A stretch of 64,000 nt of DNA, from positions 1 to 64,000 of the forward strand of contig KZ538180.1 of NCBI GenBank assembly GCA_000934665.2, given 5' to 3'. This stretch comes from Catajapyx aquilonaris (lineage: Eukaryota). Below the pieces are notes generated by a model, which saw only the letters and a program-made list of their open reading frames with translations, was not told the DNA's origin and did not search any database. Made by a program: the position numbers and the translations under genes. Shown here piece after piece: positions 11,456 to 24,585 of the stretch. The stretch's first letter is position 1, and every line of letters starts with the position of its first letter.

Positions 11456-12233
11456 TAAGTCATGCTTCTGTGGCCACTCTAGACTGTCGAAAGCTGTATA
11501 GATATCCTGTCCCTGTTATATTTTGTTCCATTTCCATTTGCTAAAAATATTCTAATTGGCGGATTCATAGGGTGTGGAAGTTATTAGCAGAAAAATAATG
11601 GGATTGGAAACAAAAGCTGTGGGAGTGAGGTTGGCGTATTATATGCCACAAATTTTAATTAGCAATGCGTACTCATCAGGTGTGGCAGTGTGCCGCAGAG
11701 AAAATTAGAATGTCGAAGGCATGTACTGCAAAAGGGATATGGGTTACTGTACAGTACTATCACGAGCAACGCTAATTATTTCAGTAACAAGGCGCCTGCC
11801 GGCGAACCGACACCACATCATAAAATAATCCCATAGTAATCATTCTAAAAGCTTATAGGCCTAAGAAAAGCCGATATTTAGTAATGAGCTATCCTTGATT
11901 ACACCTTTTAAGCGTAACGCCGTGTGATAGTGCAAAGACGACCCTTATACTACACGCAACATACGTATATAACTGCCTCGAATCGATAAAAGTTCCGTTG
12001 GACTGAGACAGGTCAGGAATTTACCAGCATTTTACCTGCGATAGTAGCAGCCATCCATTTTTCTTCCTCTCCATTGGCAAGAGGCTTAACATCCTCGATG
12101 CTGTTTTGATGCGCCCAGGGCTTAAGGAAGGAAGGAGATGCTGCAGCAAATTCTTTGCAACTCCATTTGTAACCGTCTTCAGGCGGGAGGGATCACGTTC
12201 TCGCGGGACATGTTTAATCTAAAATGAGGGACA

Positions 12234-12269
12234 CCCCCCCCCCCNNNNNNNNNNNNNNCCCCCCCCCCC
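12234..12269. other. Assembly gap (14 N, 12245-12258) inside a poly-C tract
   Basis: N run flanked by C homopolymers on both sides. Confidence 0.98.
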
Positions 12270-15200
12270 TTCACCCCACCCCTTCCTCCAGCAACTCCTC
12301 TCAAGTAATGCACTTTTGCCTCTAGGCCATCTATTGTGCCTCTCCTTCGCTTAAGGCCAAAAGTGGCCTAAATTATATCACTAAAACCTCCAGACCAGCA
12401 CGTTGTGGCCGATTCAAATGGCGCCTCATCACTCTTGCTGACGTCCTGCTAATTAAAAACTGTACAGGGAAATAATTGTCAGCGCCGAATTAATGCACAG
12501 GGCTGTTGTAATAGGGCGTTTAACCTTTCCAGCAGCATGCAATGGGCACCAAAGAAAGTCTGGGCTGCGCAAGGAATTTCAACTGGCAAGAAAGGATATT
12601 CCCGTTTCCAGAGTGCGAGGCCTCTGCGTTTATGGCCGGTAGTAAATTGTGTTGCTACGACCCGAGCCTATTGCTCCAGCCTTCCTCTTCCTTTATGGCC
12701 AACGACGTTGCTTAAATCTCCACGCCGAGGGTAAACAATTCCTGCGAATCATTGCAGATTCCAAACGTCTCTTCCAGCGGAGACGATGCGACATTGCTTT
12801 TCCTTGTTGGATTGGAGCGCACTTTGATTACGCGACGGTATAACCGCGTGTGACAGCAGGTGACGCATCGCACGCTTCAAAAAAAAAGGTGCGCAAAAAA
12901 CACTTGCATTATGCAACCGCACAGAACTTGCATGGAGATTTCCATTTTATTCCGCACCGTCTCGACTTGGGGACTTCCCGCGTGGCAGGAAATGGCGTAA
13001 TAAATATGGCCATAAAGAGCATGGAAACAGCAATCAAAGTGCACGTGACGAATGTTTAGGTAGTGGGAAAAAGGGCTGCGAGCAAGTACACGACCTTCTT
13101 CCCTCGCAAAAATATTATCTGCACAATCCCACATAAAAATACTCACGCAGGGGGGACCTACAGCTGTGAGACAAACCTATCAAAACAACCTCGACAGAAT
13201 TATGTCAAGTACTGTATAATGCAGGGTATAAAACTGAAATTATTTATTGGGTTGGCACCCAGCTGATTTTTATTAAGAGTACACGCCAAGGCAACAAAAA
13301 TATTGGTTATGTAATATTCAGTTGAGTTAAAACATTCATTTAGGCCACGACTTTCGTGCAAATCCAACTTAATGTCACACATTTATTTTCTCCAGCCTCG
13401 ACTTGTGTTAAATATGAAGCTGAGAGTGCCTAAATTTATTACAATTAATCAGTTCGGTTGGTACAACCTGTGTATTCGCTGTGCAGAAAGTGCATTGTGT
13501 AACTGGAATGAGCCAAAGTAGAAACAAGCTCTAATATTAATAATATAGTATGCAAGATGAAGCGCACAAGATTTCATCAAAAATGCATTTGGAAAACACT
13601 TGCAGTAAATTACTTTTCAAAGGGAGGGTACCACCTGAGTAAAAAACAATAACGCAGCAACAGGCTCTGACGTCAGGCCAGGTAAAAAAACAAGCAGAAA
13701 ATAAGAGAAAAAATCCTCCACATCCACAAAGTTGTCTTTTGTGTTAGGTCTTTGATTATGCAAACGCTCTCTCGGTGTAATTAGCGAACTCTCATAGTCT
13801 CTTTATGATCGTGTAATTAAGCAGACTTATTCCTCCATTCTCTTGCAAATGAGAGCCGTAAACTAATGCATAATATTTCGGTATTGCTTCAGCCAGTGGG
13901 AGGAGAGGATCGATACATTATTGTCTGCACAGCAAACCAAGGGACTAAACGGCACCAGGGAGGAAGTGGAGAGGTTTCATTTGTCCTCACTTGAATGGTA
14001 TTATACGGATCCCGCTGGGAGTCTTTTGGGCCAAGGCAAATGGAGCTGAGGAAGCCTTCCTCCCCACTCAATATTGCCTTTCAAAATCGTTGAGAATTTT
14101 TTGCCATCTCTTTTTTCTCTGCATACTAAGGCGTGCTGTCTCGCTTTTTTATATGGAGAGGGTGCTGTTGGCAAGAAAGAGAAGGGAAAAAATGCCAGCA
14201 TACATTTTCAACCAAATTCGGTTTAAAACTGGATCCACTAGCGGGTAACACGTACCTTTAATTACGTTATCACATCGCAAGTGGTACAGGATATGCGCAG
14301 TAAAAGTGCTAAATGGTTTCGTGACATCTCTACGGCACCATATAGACGTAAGACTGGGAGGGGGGTCCTGGAGTAATTGCATTAAGCTGACGGAATCAAA
14401 GTTCCCAGAGCAATAAAAATCTTGGCCATTAAGAGACTTGAGACTTCGTGCTTCAGCACAGTTACACAGTAAGAAAGCATTTTAACCCAGCACTAATTAA
14501 TGGCCCTCCTATTTGCCGACATTTCGTGCACTGTTCGCCACTACAAGAATACTTTCCTAATTGAACACATAAAAAAACGAACCAGCAGCCATCACCCGTT
14601 TATGGGCACAGTGGGCAAGGATAAAACCGGACCGATGGGAGGCGATGCCCTCGCATATTTAAACTACACAAGTAGGTCAACACATAGTATCCATTTTATG
14701 ATTTTGATTGAAAATGTGCATATTATTCGAGAAATCCGCAGCTCGATGGCCATCGCCTCAGGCTTCCTCCTTTTCTGAGAGTAACATGACTGAAAACATA
14801 TTTTGGCTTTTGTGATTTAGTAGCTCCGTCTAGTGAAGTGCAGGGTGGCAGAAGCTAGATGGTTTACATCCCGGGGGCCTCCGAGCATGGGGGGGCCAGG
14901 GTGTGTAGCAGGCGAGATACGGGCTCGGGAGTGCGGTCAAGATGAAAATGGGCCCCCGAACTGTGATAGGCCCCAGCATCTATACAGGGCTGTCTCCCCA
15001 AATGTTATAGCCAGGGAGCTGGGAATTTACGCTGGAAAATGGAGGGTAGCAGGGTTCGCAGCAGCAAAAGGGATGAACGACACCCAGTCGATCCTATTAC
15101 GCTGCCTAAATATGGCTTCCTACTTACATTATCAAGAGAGGCGGTGGGGAGGATCATCTTTATTATTACATTTTTTGTGCAGGGGCCAAGAATCTCGAGT

Positions 15201-16900
15201 CTAAAAATTGTATGTTATGAGATAGCCCGTATTTGCCAGGAAGCCACTGGGAGGGCAAAAGCCTTAATCCTGATAGGGGATGGCCAAAAAGACCTATAGA
15301 GAGAGGAGGAAAAAAAATTGCTTGGCTCCAAGCGAAGTTTGTTGATAGTGAACTATTGATTTGGATCCAGCATGAAAGAACGGGAAAATAGTGGAGAGAG
15401 AGCCACCATTTTTTTTTGCAATGTTCCACACCCATCCTACCCCCCCTTTTCCTTCTTTACCAAGGTTCGTCCACTGAATCAATAATGAAGTTCAAGCATG
15501 CATGCCGAAAATTTGCGCAGGACGTGTCCGAGTCTTGCTCAAGGGAGGACCTGAGATGCGGCTGGCTTCATTTGCTTTCAGAGACCGTAAGAATGCGGTT
15601 GCATATTATTGTTGGAGCACCAGACGGGGAGATGAACATCCCGCAATAATCCGGGGTCGTAATGAGACCATCAGCATGTGCCATGAAAGACTGACCACAA
15701 TGCAAACGAATACTCATAACACAGGTCGACTCATCGGAACAATAAATTTTACTGGCGTTAATTATGACAAGAGTTTCATTACGTAAACAAATATTGCTTC
15801 CAGATGCGTACTTCACTGTGCAATTGCCACAAGGATTATTCCGTTGCTTTGCTCGGATCCTAAGTGCATGCAGCAGTAACAGGGCACTCTGCAGGGATTG
15901 AACACGGCTCATGTGCAGTCAGGCAAAACTAGGTGACCTCAGTAAAGACCTATAGGCAGTGCGTGGGTTGGGAGCAAATAATCCTGTTTACATGCACCCT
16001 ATCTAAGCTCAAGTGTATGTTAGGGGCCATCATTAGGATCAAGGGAGCTGTCCTAATGAGCAAGGTTTGCCATTAAAACTCACTTTTATGCCAGCAATAA
16101 AACAACGCTGTATGCACAAAGAGTATCAGTTGGATGAAAATTATTTATGCGGATTAAAAATGATGTCCGTCGGACCTGTCAAACCTAACACAAGTGTACT
16201 TTGCAGGTAAAGCTGACAACCCACCTTCGTTCGTTCCAGTCTGTCAGCCGAAAAAAAGTGCGGTAATTAAGAATACCCAGGTGACCAGGACTGCACGCCT
16301 GATAGTTCAGTGCATTGTACTCTCGGTAATAAAAATTGGCCAAATGCAGAGGATGGAGGTAATGCAATCCCTAACACATCCGCATATTGTGCCTTGAATA
16401 ATGCAGCTACATAATGGTATTTTTTTCAACCACACGACAGGCTGACAAGCGAAAGTTATTATATGTCCGACAATGCACTGTCGGAAAAAAACTCATATCG
16501 TAAGCTCTCTTGTACTACAGTATGCACATAATAAATACTAGAAACTCGTACGCCTATGTGCATTATGGAGATTGCGGTTTTCCTAATGCAACTGCACTGT
16601 TTGTTCGCATGTTTCCCATCAGGGAACAAGTGGAAATAAAGCACCGGACTTTAACTGTTTGTTAACTAAAAACGCTTCAAGTGCAAATTAATACGGTCCA
16701 CTTGAGTGGTAACCACTCGCCATGCTGTGTGGGATGGCTGTAGTGTGTCAGATGGAGCTCACGTTAGCCCCGGCATAAATGCGCTTCACAAGAACACTTT
16801 CCATCTCATTTGAGAGGGTGTTGGGCGCGCCTGACGCGGGGAAAACACGGCCATCAAAGTCACCTCCAAATGCCTTTCCCCCCCCTCTCTACAGTATACA

Positions 16901-16979
16901 CAGGGTGAGTCAGAGCTTCAGGGCCACCACATTTTTCACATTATTGTTTTGGACCAACCTGTGGTTCTGACTCACCCTG
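16901..16979. mobile_element. Tiny Tc1/mariner-like MITE (CAGGGTGAGTCAGA TIRs), 79 bp
   Basis: Perfect 14-bp inverted termini CAGGGTGAGTCAGA / TCTGACTCACCCTG, flanked by CA on both sides. Same terminus as 2674-2732. Confidence 0.65.
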
Positions 16980-17315
16980 CATAAACACCCTCTCTGTGGC
17001 TGGCTCCTCCGAGAATATGCCCTTGTGTTTGCTTACCGGCTTCATCCATCACGGGATGGTCATGAGACCCAATCTGGCCTAATCTCCTTTCACAAGAGGA
17101 GGAGGAGGATATTGAATCAGCGGAGGTTAAGGTGGAGAGGAAGAGGCTCGTGACCGCCGGAGAAAAGAAGACGTGGATTTAGTGACGGCCGGAAAGCGGC
17201 TCCACAAGATCCTCTGAATAATCGCTTATGCCTCTCAATGAGAAATGAAGGGTTGCATTCTCCTCGGCCCCATGCTTTTCCAGCAGCACACTCCTCCGGC
17301 TCATGGTAAAGGCAT

Positions 17316-17348
17316 GAGAGAGAGAGAGGGAGAGAGAGAGAGAGAGAG
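17316..17348. repeat. (GA)n microsatellite, interrupted
   Basis: GA run with one GG interruption. Confidence 0.9.
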
Positions 17349-19806
17349 CCAGAGAGGGGCCCCCCGTTCCTCTTCAATGAGATTCCATAGGAATCCACTC
17401 CGTCTGCACAAATCCTTGTTTATTTCCAAAAGTGTCACAATTCAGGCCGTCTACTGGCTGAATTCCTGCTTTCTAATGGCTGCAATTCAGCGATCGGGTA
17501 AAAGCAACACTTCTGTGGATCTTAAAATTTCGCAGGCTTTTAATTGGAAACTAGAAGAGGAGGGCCCTTTGATGTTCAGAAAGGACAGGAATGTCAGGGT
17601 TCATTAAAATGAGCTCGTTTCTCTGGGGGGCAGGTAATGCAATAAATTGAATACGTTTTTTAAAAATATGGCCAAAAAAATCCGCATTGGGGTCAATCAA
17701 GCATTTTTCTCATTGCGAAGACGGACCCACACAATAGAAGGCACTGAGGGGAAAATGATTAGTCCGCAGTACAGAAAATGAGCTGCGGTGTGCAGCTGCG
17801 GTTTTGCCACTTTGTCTGGCAGCCTCGCATGCTGATGAGAAATTGGAGCCCCCTCCGCGGGACAGTTGGGACAAGGAGGGATCGACATTTTCCTGCTTAA
17901 TTTCCACGCATCAAAAGCTGCAGTCCCCCCTTCGGCCCAGACACACACATATAACCCCACAGCACGCACAGGAGTCGCATGACGGGGGTAATTCCCAACA
18001 CGGGGAAAATCCGGAGCGAAATTAGAAGCCCCCGGATTACTTAAGCGATTACAGTGTCCGCGACTCCTAGCTCTCTCCCCAGGCACACTAATATTGGATT
18101 GGATTAAACCGGGAAGCAATTAATGACTCAACGTCATCTTGCTCCCGTTTTTCCGGGGCCAGATCGGTGAAAAGCCTCGACAACTGAAACCCCCAAAATA
18201 TTGGGCGACAGGTTTTAACCCGGCCCTACAGCAGTTTCACGCGTAATTGCGCTGGGATTGAAGCCAAGTGCACAACCAAAAGGATCGAGTTGACCCCTCA
18301 TTTCAGAAGAGCCAACAAGTGAGCGTCCTCCATTCTCTCTCTCGCTCTGCTCTTTTTTTTCGCTCTATCCAACCCCTCAATTCCTTTTCCAATCCCATTT
18401 CCTTTCCCCTACTCCTCATTACACCTCTCTGGAATCGGCCGAGTGTGAAGAGAGATCCGGGCGAGCAGAGAATTCGATAATATTCAGCTACTCTGTATGG
18501 TGCTTCAGAGAGTGGCAAATGAAAAGAGGCCTCCCCTCTTGCCTGCCTGCTCATAACAGGGAAAATCGTCTTTTCCACATGGAACGTGCTGCAAACATCC
18601 AAAAAGACATGTATAGGCACGTGTATAATATGTCAATGACTAATCCTGCCTTTGATCGTATTCCTCTGAAAGTGTAATTCGCTCCGGAAGAATTGTCTTT
18701 CGCAAGTCAGGTGCGACTGTACAAAAAAAGGTCGTTTGGAAACTGCAGAATTGGTCGTGATTAATGGCGTCAGCAGGGAGAAAAACACGGTCCTGGCCAG
18801 GAGACGTATAGAGGACTTCCAAATATTAGGCGTGAAAAGGGCCGTTAATGGTGAAGGATGAGCCTCAAGTCAGTGGTTTGGGGGGGGGGAGAAGAAGGGT
18901 CCGAGTTGGAACGAATCCGGTCCGAATTTGTAAACCGGAAAGGGTCTCAATTTCCTGCCCCGGAGCCAAGACGCCAGTTCCAGGAAGAGATTGCCCACTT
19001 TCACAGGTCCATGCTTGATTTCTTCAGGACCATTAGCATCTGCCTCATTGGAATTTGGCTCCGTTTTTTTCCCGAGTGTGTACAGTTAGCGCAGACATCG
19101 GCAAATGACTAATGAGGTGGGATACAGGGAACAGGGCGATGTTTTCTGTTGGAGAAATGGCATGGAAACTGCGCAGAGCAGAAGAAGAAAAGGATTTTCT
19201 CAAAAGAGTCGAGTAAAATAGGCGGTCGCTTCAGTAATTGCTTGTCTAAAAAAGAGAGCAAGAGCAAGAAAAGAAGGTAGAATATAATTGGAGCAAATCT
19301 GCAAGTTGCTAAGAGGCCCAAAAACTCCTTTACCGGATAAAATTTTCAGCCTTCTGTAGTTTGGCTTCAAGGACTTCAGCACCATGCAGACGGGAAGAGA
19401 CGAGGTCGCGGAGAAAAAAAAAATATCGGAGGAAGTCATGCCCTATATATATAGCCTGCAGAATTTGCCAAAACTTTATTCAAGTCCTGATGAGGATCTG
19501 CGCTTGTAACTATTCGGATTGAAAATGCCAAGTTTTTGTTCCTCACTTTCTAAGCACACATCTCGACGCCCACTCTAGAATAATACAGTGTAAGTAACTT
19601 TTTTTGGAAATAATTAATTTGAACGATTAAATAACGCAGGTGAAATACAGCAAATATTAACTGATGGACATTTTGCACGTTTACATTTAGAAAAAACCAT
19701 AAATCGTTAACTGAAGTTAATAATCTTTTTGTGCATATATTAAAAATCGGATCTTATTTGAAAATTCACAGCAGTGAAAGTATACCGTAACGCTGAAACT
19801 TTTTCT

Positions 19807-19840
19807 ATTCGTCGATGCATATGCATATGCATCGACGAAT
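19807..19840. repeat. Perfect 34-bp spacerless palindrome
   Basis: ATTCGTCGATGCATATG|CATATGCATCGACGAAT is its own reverse complement. Confidence 0.95.
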
Positions 19841-20313
19841 TCTGAACCAGTTTTAACTGTACCTTTAGGGTACAGTACAACTTGCACAAAATTACACTAT
19901 TAAAGTTGTGCTCGTTTGCTTCTTCAGGCAACGTAACATACGCCTAGATTTCACAAATTATTGGGGAAAAATCTGGCCCATATTGTGCAACAAACTTGAT
20001 CCGGCGGTGTTGATAAGCAATTATATACCGCTACGATCAACGCTGCCTTCCGCAGCATTCACTGGCGCTTCATTAGAGATCCAAACTGCAAAGTTGGTGG
20101 TTGGACAGCACTGTAAGAATAACAATTAGCCCTAAGGTTAAGTAGTTGCAAACTAGTTTAATCAAGTTACAAGCGGGTTCGGATTCCCAGTCGGGTGCTG
20201 ACAGTGTGCGACGAATGGCGCCGAAAATGTGCGCCCAAATTTCGTGTTCCTACATTAGTCGAGTGGCATCCGAGCATCTGATGAATTTCCATCCGCCGTG
20301 ACAACGCTCTGAG

Positions 20314-20359
20314 CCTGCCAGCTTTGATTACAAAGTGCGTTGTAATCGAAGCTAGCAGG
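20314..20359. repeat. 20-bp inverted repeat with 6-nt loop
   Basis: CCTGCCAGCTTTGATTACAA-AGTGCG-TTGTAATCGAAGCTAGCAGG: 18/20 Watson-Crick pairs, one G-U wobble and one mismatch. Confidence 0.85.
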
Positions 20360-23300
20360 AAACAAATTAGCCGCAATTGCAAAGCCCTCAACCCTCCAAA
20401 CAAGTTTTTTTTGTAGTCTTTTAACCCCTACCAGACCCTATACGTGTACTTGCGTGTGACATTGCGCCACAGGCTTTATCCGCAGTGCACACGTCGTCAT
20501 TTTGTACAATTAAGGCGCATCCCTTGGGCTGGAAGCTGACAAGTCCGCCGGATTAACGTCATCGGTGAGACTTACATAAGCGTAAGTGCTGAAACTGCGT
20601 TCATTAGCCGCGAGATAATGAAATGAAATGTTTCTCATCAGGCCTACTTGTTGCGCTCGTTTGTTGCAATTAACGTCTGAAGGAGTGTTATTAATTTCGC
20701 ACTCCAGACAGTCATGTTTTTATGGCGAAAAATGCCCGGGCGTATATTACGTTCACGGGGTTTAATACCAACAACTAAGGGAGACAAGCGGACGAAAAAT
20801 GTCCAATTCCACTTTCCAAGCCGCACCTTGAATTTACGCGTCGCACTTGTAGCTACTGTTGGTACACGGTTCTAGAAAATCACCCCCAAAGCGATAAGGC
20901 CCCCCTCTTATTATTCCCGGATTAAATTTGCCGTCCCATAAATTGTCGCGCCCGGCTTTTGACGAACCGGAACAATCGGGCCCATCTAGATAGCGGAAAT
21001 GACCTAGGCTCCAGTGTGGGGGGTGGCCATCAAACGCATGTCCAAGGAAATTTCGAATCCGGGTCAGTCTCGGGGAGAACAGATCGATCCGGGGTGGACA
21101 CACAGAGAGATACGCCGCTTTTACCTCAGCTTTCCTCCACAAAATCACATTACAAGAGCCAGAGGTGGACGCCTTTCAGCTCCAGTTCCGCATAGAAACA
21201 GACGTCTTCCACTTTGTTAGCAGAAAGGAGCCACACGCCACGCCCAGACTGCTCGCCCCACATAAATAGGCCAGAAATCTAGGCACGGTAGTTTCCAGAC
21301 ACCCAGTAGCAGGGGTTTTTGACAAAGGCTGCAAAAGTATATTATAGGCATAGCATGACACAGTTGGGCAAAAAGTCTCATTTGCGAAATAAAAGCCTTT
21401 AGTCCCCTCTCTTTTCTGGTGAGAACAGACATTAAAACAGGCTCTTTGTTGCTACCTTCTTTACGGCTTTAAAAGGTGAAGTAACTTTGTGGATTCTCTT
21501 TTCTCTCTTTTTTGTGTATGCGTGTTGGAGTGGGTGCATATTCTTTGGGAGAATATGGCTCCAGGGAAGAATTAAACTATTGTGGTTTGAAAGCGCCGCT
21601 GACTTTGTGAATGGTGTCGCATTCTTATAAACGCTTCCGAGGATTGTGTGAAAGGTGTCTGGTACTTGGAAGGCAACAAAGGCGTTTTGTTAGCGACAAG
21701 AAGGAGTCTAAAGTGCTCAGAATTGCTCTTTTAACTTTTTCTAGCTTAAAGAATCTCGCAAAATTGGTTCACACCATTTAAGAACGAATCGTACAGAACT
21801 TGTACTAACTACAAAAGAGTCTATAGGTGCTTACAGTTGCACAGTACATTTTATGCAATTCCTCCAGTGTAAATATACATGCAGTACACACGTATTGTGA
21901 CAACACGCCGACGCAAATAACTGCATCGATCCAGGTGTTAGTTGCTTCCCCCCCATTCTCCCATTACCAAGCATTTAATAGGCTTTGTAAGCATCTAATG
22001 ACAGGCCTAATAATGCACTGCATTTCCATTACCATACCGAATAAATGTTTGTAACTCACACGTTTTCAATACCCTGCAGCCACAATAATATTCCGGCTGC
22101 ATACTAAACGCTACATTAGTCGTAGTGTGGAACGATGAAATAATAAGCTTCCAGTTCAGGTAATGATAATAGTGCAATAGTATTAATGCGCATTTTTTAA
22201 AGCATGGTATTGACTTTATCCAGGCCATCTCCTTTAGTCCCCCCGACTTTTTGTCTGTTGGCCACAGGCGATTGCAGTAAAACCAGTGGAGCGTAGGGTC
22301 CGGTTGACTCTTCTAATGGAGTGTCGTTAGAAAGAGGCTCATCGGTAACCCGAGTAACCCATGGCTGACCATCTCCAATTCCTCCCCCGCCTAACCACAT
22401 CCCCCCTTCTTCAAGCTTCATTGCTTTTAATCCGGTCACGTATCAAAGCAGACAACTGAAAAAATCAAAAGAAGACCAGAATGCAGTAGGATTCAATAGA
22501 ACTTAACCTCATTATGTTCTGATATTTTTCACACACACAGAACTGAATTATTGTGGACGACAATCCAAGAACAACAGTAAATAGTCACATCATTTCTTTT
22601 GTAAATCTAGATCTCCTGGCAAGCACCAAAATGAGTGAAGATAATAAGTAATCATGAGTTTCATTTCGGTTCACAGGATCAATTACTATGCATCATTTAT
22701 CAACTGACATTCGCAACAAACCATGCTGCTACTTTGTTTATTCAGCAGAGCACATGTTTTCAGATGCAATATTTTGAAACCAGAAACCAGGCATCAATTC
22801 AGATGGAACAGCATTCCATTACAGTACAGCATATTTCGTTGCTGCAAGAGCCTCCAAAATATAAATCCATGCATTGCACCTGCATCATTCTACGAATGAT
22901 TTTTTTTTCTCTCAAATCTTCAACATGTCAAGAGCCATGATTCACCTCCTGGCCAGAATAACCTCCATGCTATACCTCAGCAAAATTCATGTCTCCTCAT
23001 CCCCAAGAAAGGGTCGCCGGTTGTTTCAAAATATTCGTGGCAAAAGAAACGAGATTTTCCTGGCTGTCCCAAAAAACTAACGTGTGGCTGGCTGGGGAGA
23101 TTATGTCTGTATAGGAAGCGCTCACCGGAAGAAAGAAATATCGGATTCCGGGTGATGCATTGCTTGGTCAAGGAAAAAAGCCCTCCGGACTTACAAGCAT
23201 GCCATAGCCATTCTTTCATGCTCCAATGCAATCTCTCAACCCCAGCAACAAAACCAGGGAGGCATCGAAAATGACCTAAAACCGTTCCAATTAAATCAAT

Positions 23301-24359
23301 GCACGCATTTACCACTCGTTCGACATGCTGTATGGCCTGTTGTACTACACATTGAAATTGCATTATAATTATCCGCACCACCCCATTATACGGCTGCAAT
23401 TACACATTTATATTAATTACACCAGGTCATTACTAACGTCAGCGGTTCTCCCTGTAACAGATGCAGAGCAGGAGAGACGTCTCATTGGCTATTCCGCGGC
23501 GTCTGCCCGTATTGATGATGAGTTCATCTAGAGCTCCGCAATATAGAGCATGCAGCCCTCCCCAGAAATCGAATAAATTATTAGCGTCGCCCAGATTTCA
23601 ACTCCGGAACACGACTTGCAAGGAACCAGGTCCCGGAATATGTTGGCGCCCGCCACCTAATCCGCGATTTGTGTCGCAAAGTCTTCATTTCCACCCAGTC
23701 GTTTACAAGGCTCCGGGGACTAATTCTGGAATAGGGAGGAATGTTATCCGGAGGATTAAATCGAACTGTAGGGTCACGGGAATGTCACTGTGTAATATAT
23801 AGTGTCGGGGAAAAGGACACGAGGCGTTTACCGGCATCTCACTTTTTTGCAGTCCGACGTGAAATCGGCTGATAACTTTCGGTCCCGGGCTCTGGGGCTT
23901 ATCAAATCAGTTGGTCCCGAAGGGATCGGCGGAGAAACGGACGCAACCTTATCGGCTTCCCGACACGTTTGGAACTTTCCTGGCCCTCCCCATGCAGTGT
24001 CTGCCGCAAAACGGTTCCGACTTGTTCCGCGGCCAAACTAGGAGATGTGGGTCTCCAAACAAGCCTAATCTGGATTCCCAATCCTGCGATACATGTCGCT
24101 CCAGGAGTCTGAGAGACCCACACACACACAGACACACAAAAAGAACACGCGAGACGGGCCATGCGTCTCCAGCAGACGTCCGACTCTGTGCAGGCCCGTA
24201 AATGGAATCTATCACGCTTTGAGCAGGAAGAATGTGCACAACAGCACAAGGTAGGCCTACATACACTATTTCCTAGATTTCATAACTATAGCCAGTAATC
24301 TGGATATGAAAATTATTGTGCTATAAGCTATATAAAATTTTCATATTCTTTCTCATTAA

Positions 24360-24585
24360 TTCGGATTCAGCGGACCCTAAAAAGGTCTCATGGTCAACTT
24401 TGGGTGACCGGTCACTTCCGGTTTCCTGTGTTTACTAGATCTTCCAAGGCAAAGTTTAACAGGCTGCCCTTTGGTTTATTGGCAACGGGCAATGGGACCG
24501 ACAACATTCTATGCCATTGTTGTCCAATTTGAATTTCTTGATACACTAACAAGAAAAGGTCGCGCGCGTGATTTGCCGATCTTGT
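24360..24585 (+). mobile_element. DINE-1/HINE-like element, copy 3 (5'-truncated or 5'-diverged)
   Basis: TTCGGATTCAGCGGACCCTAAA, GGTGACCGGTCACTTCCGGTTT, GCAACGGGCAATGGGACCGACAACATTCTATGCCATTGTTGTCCA and GCGTGATTTGCCGATCTTGT all align in order with copies 1 and 2. Confidence 0.72.

Noticed and set aside
20317..20328. GCCAGCTTTGAT matching the middle of miR-2 family sequences
   Set aside because: The ATCACAG seed is absent and the match lies on the 5' arm; not miR-2.
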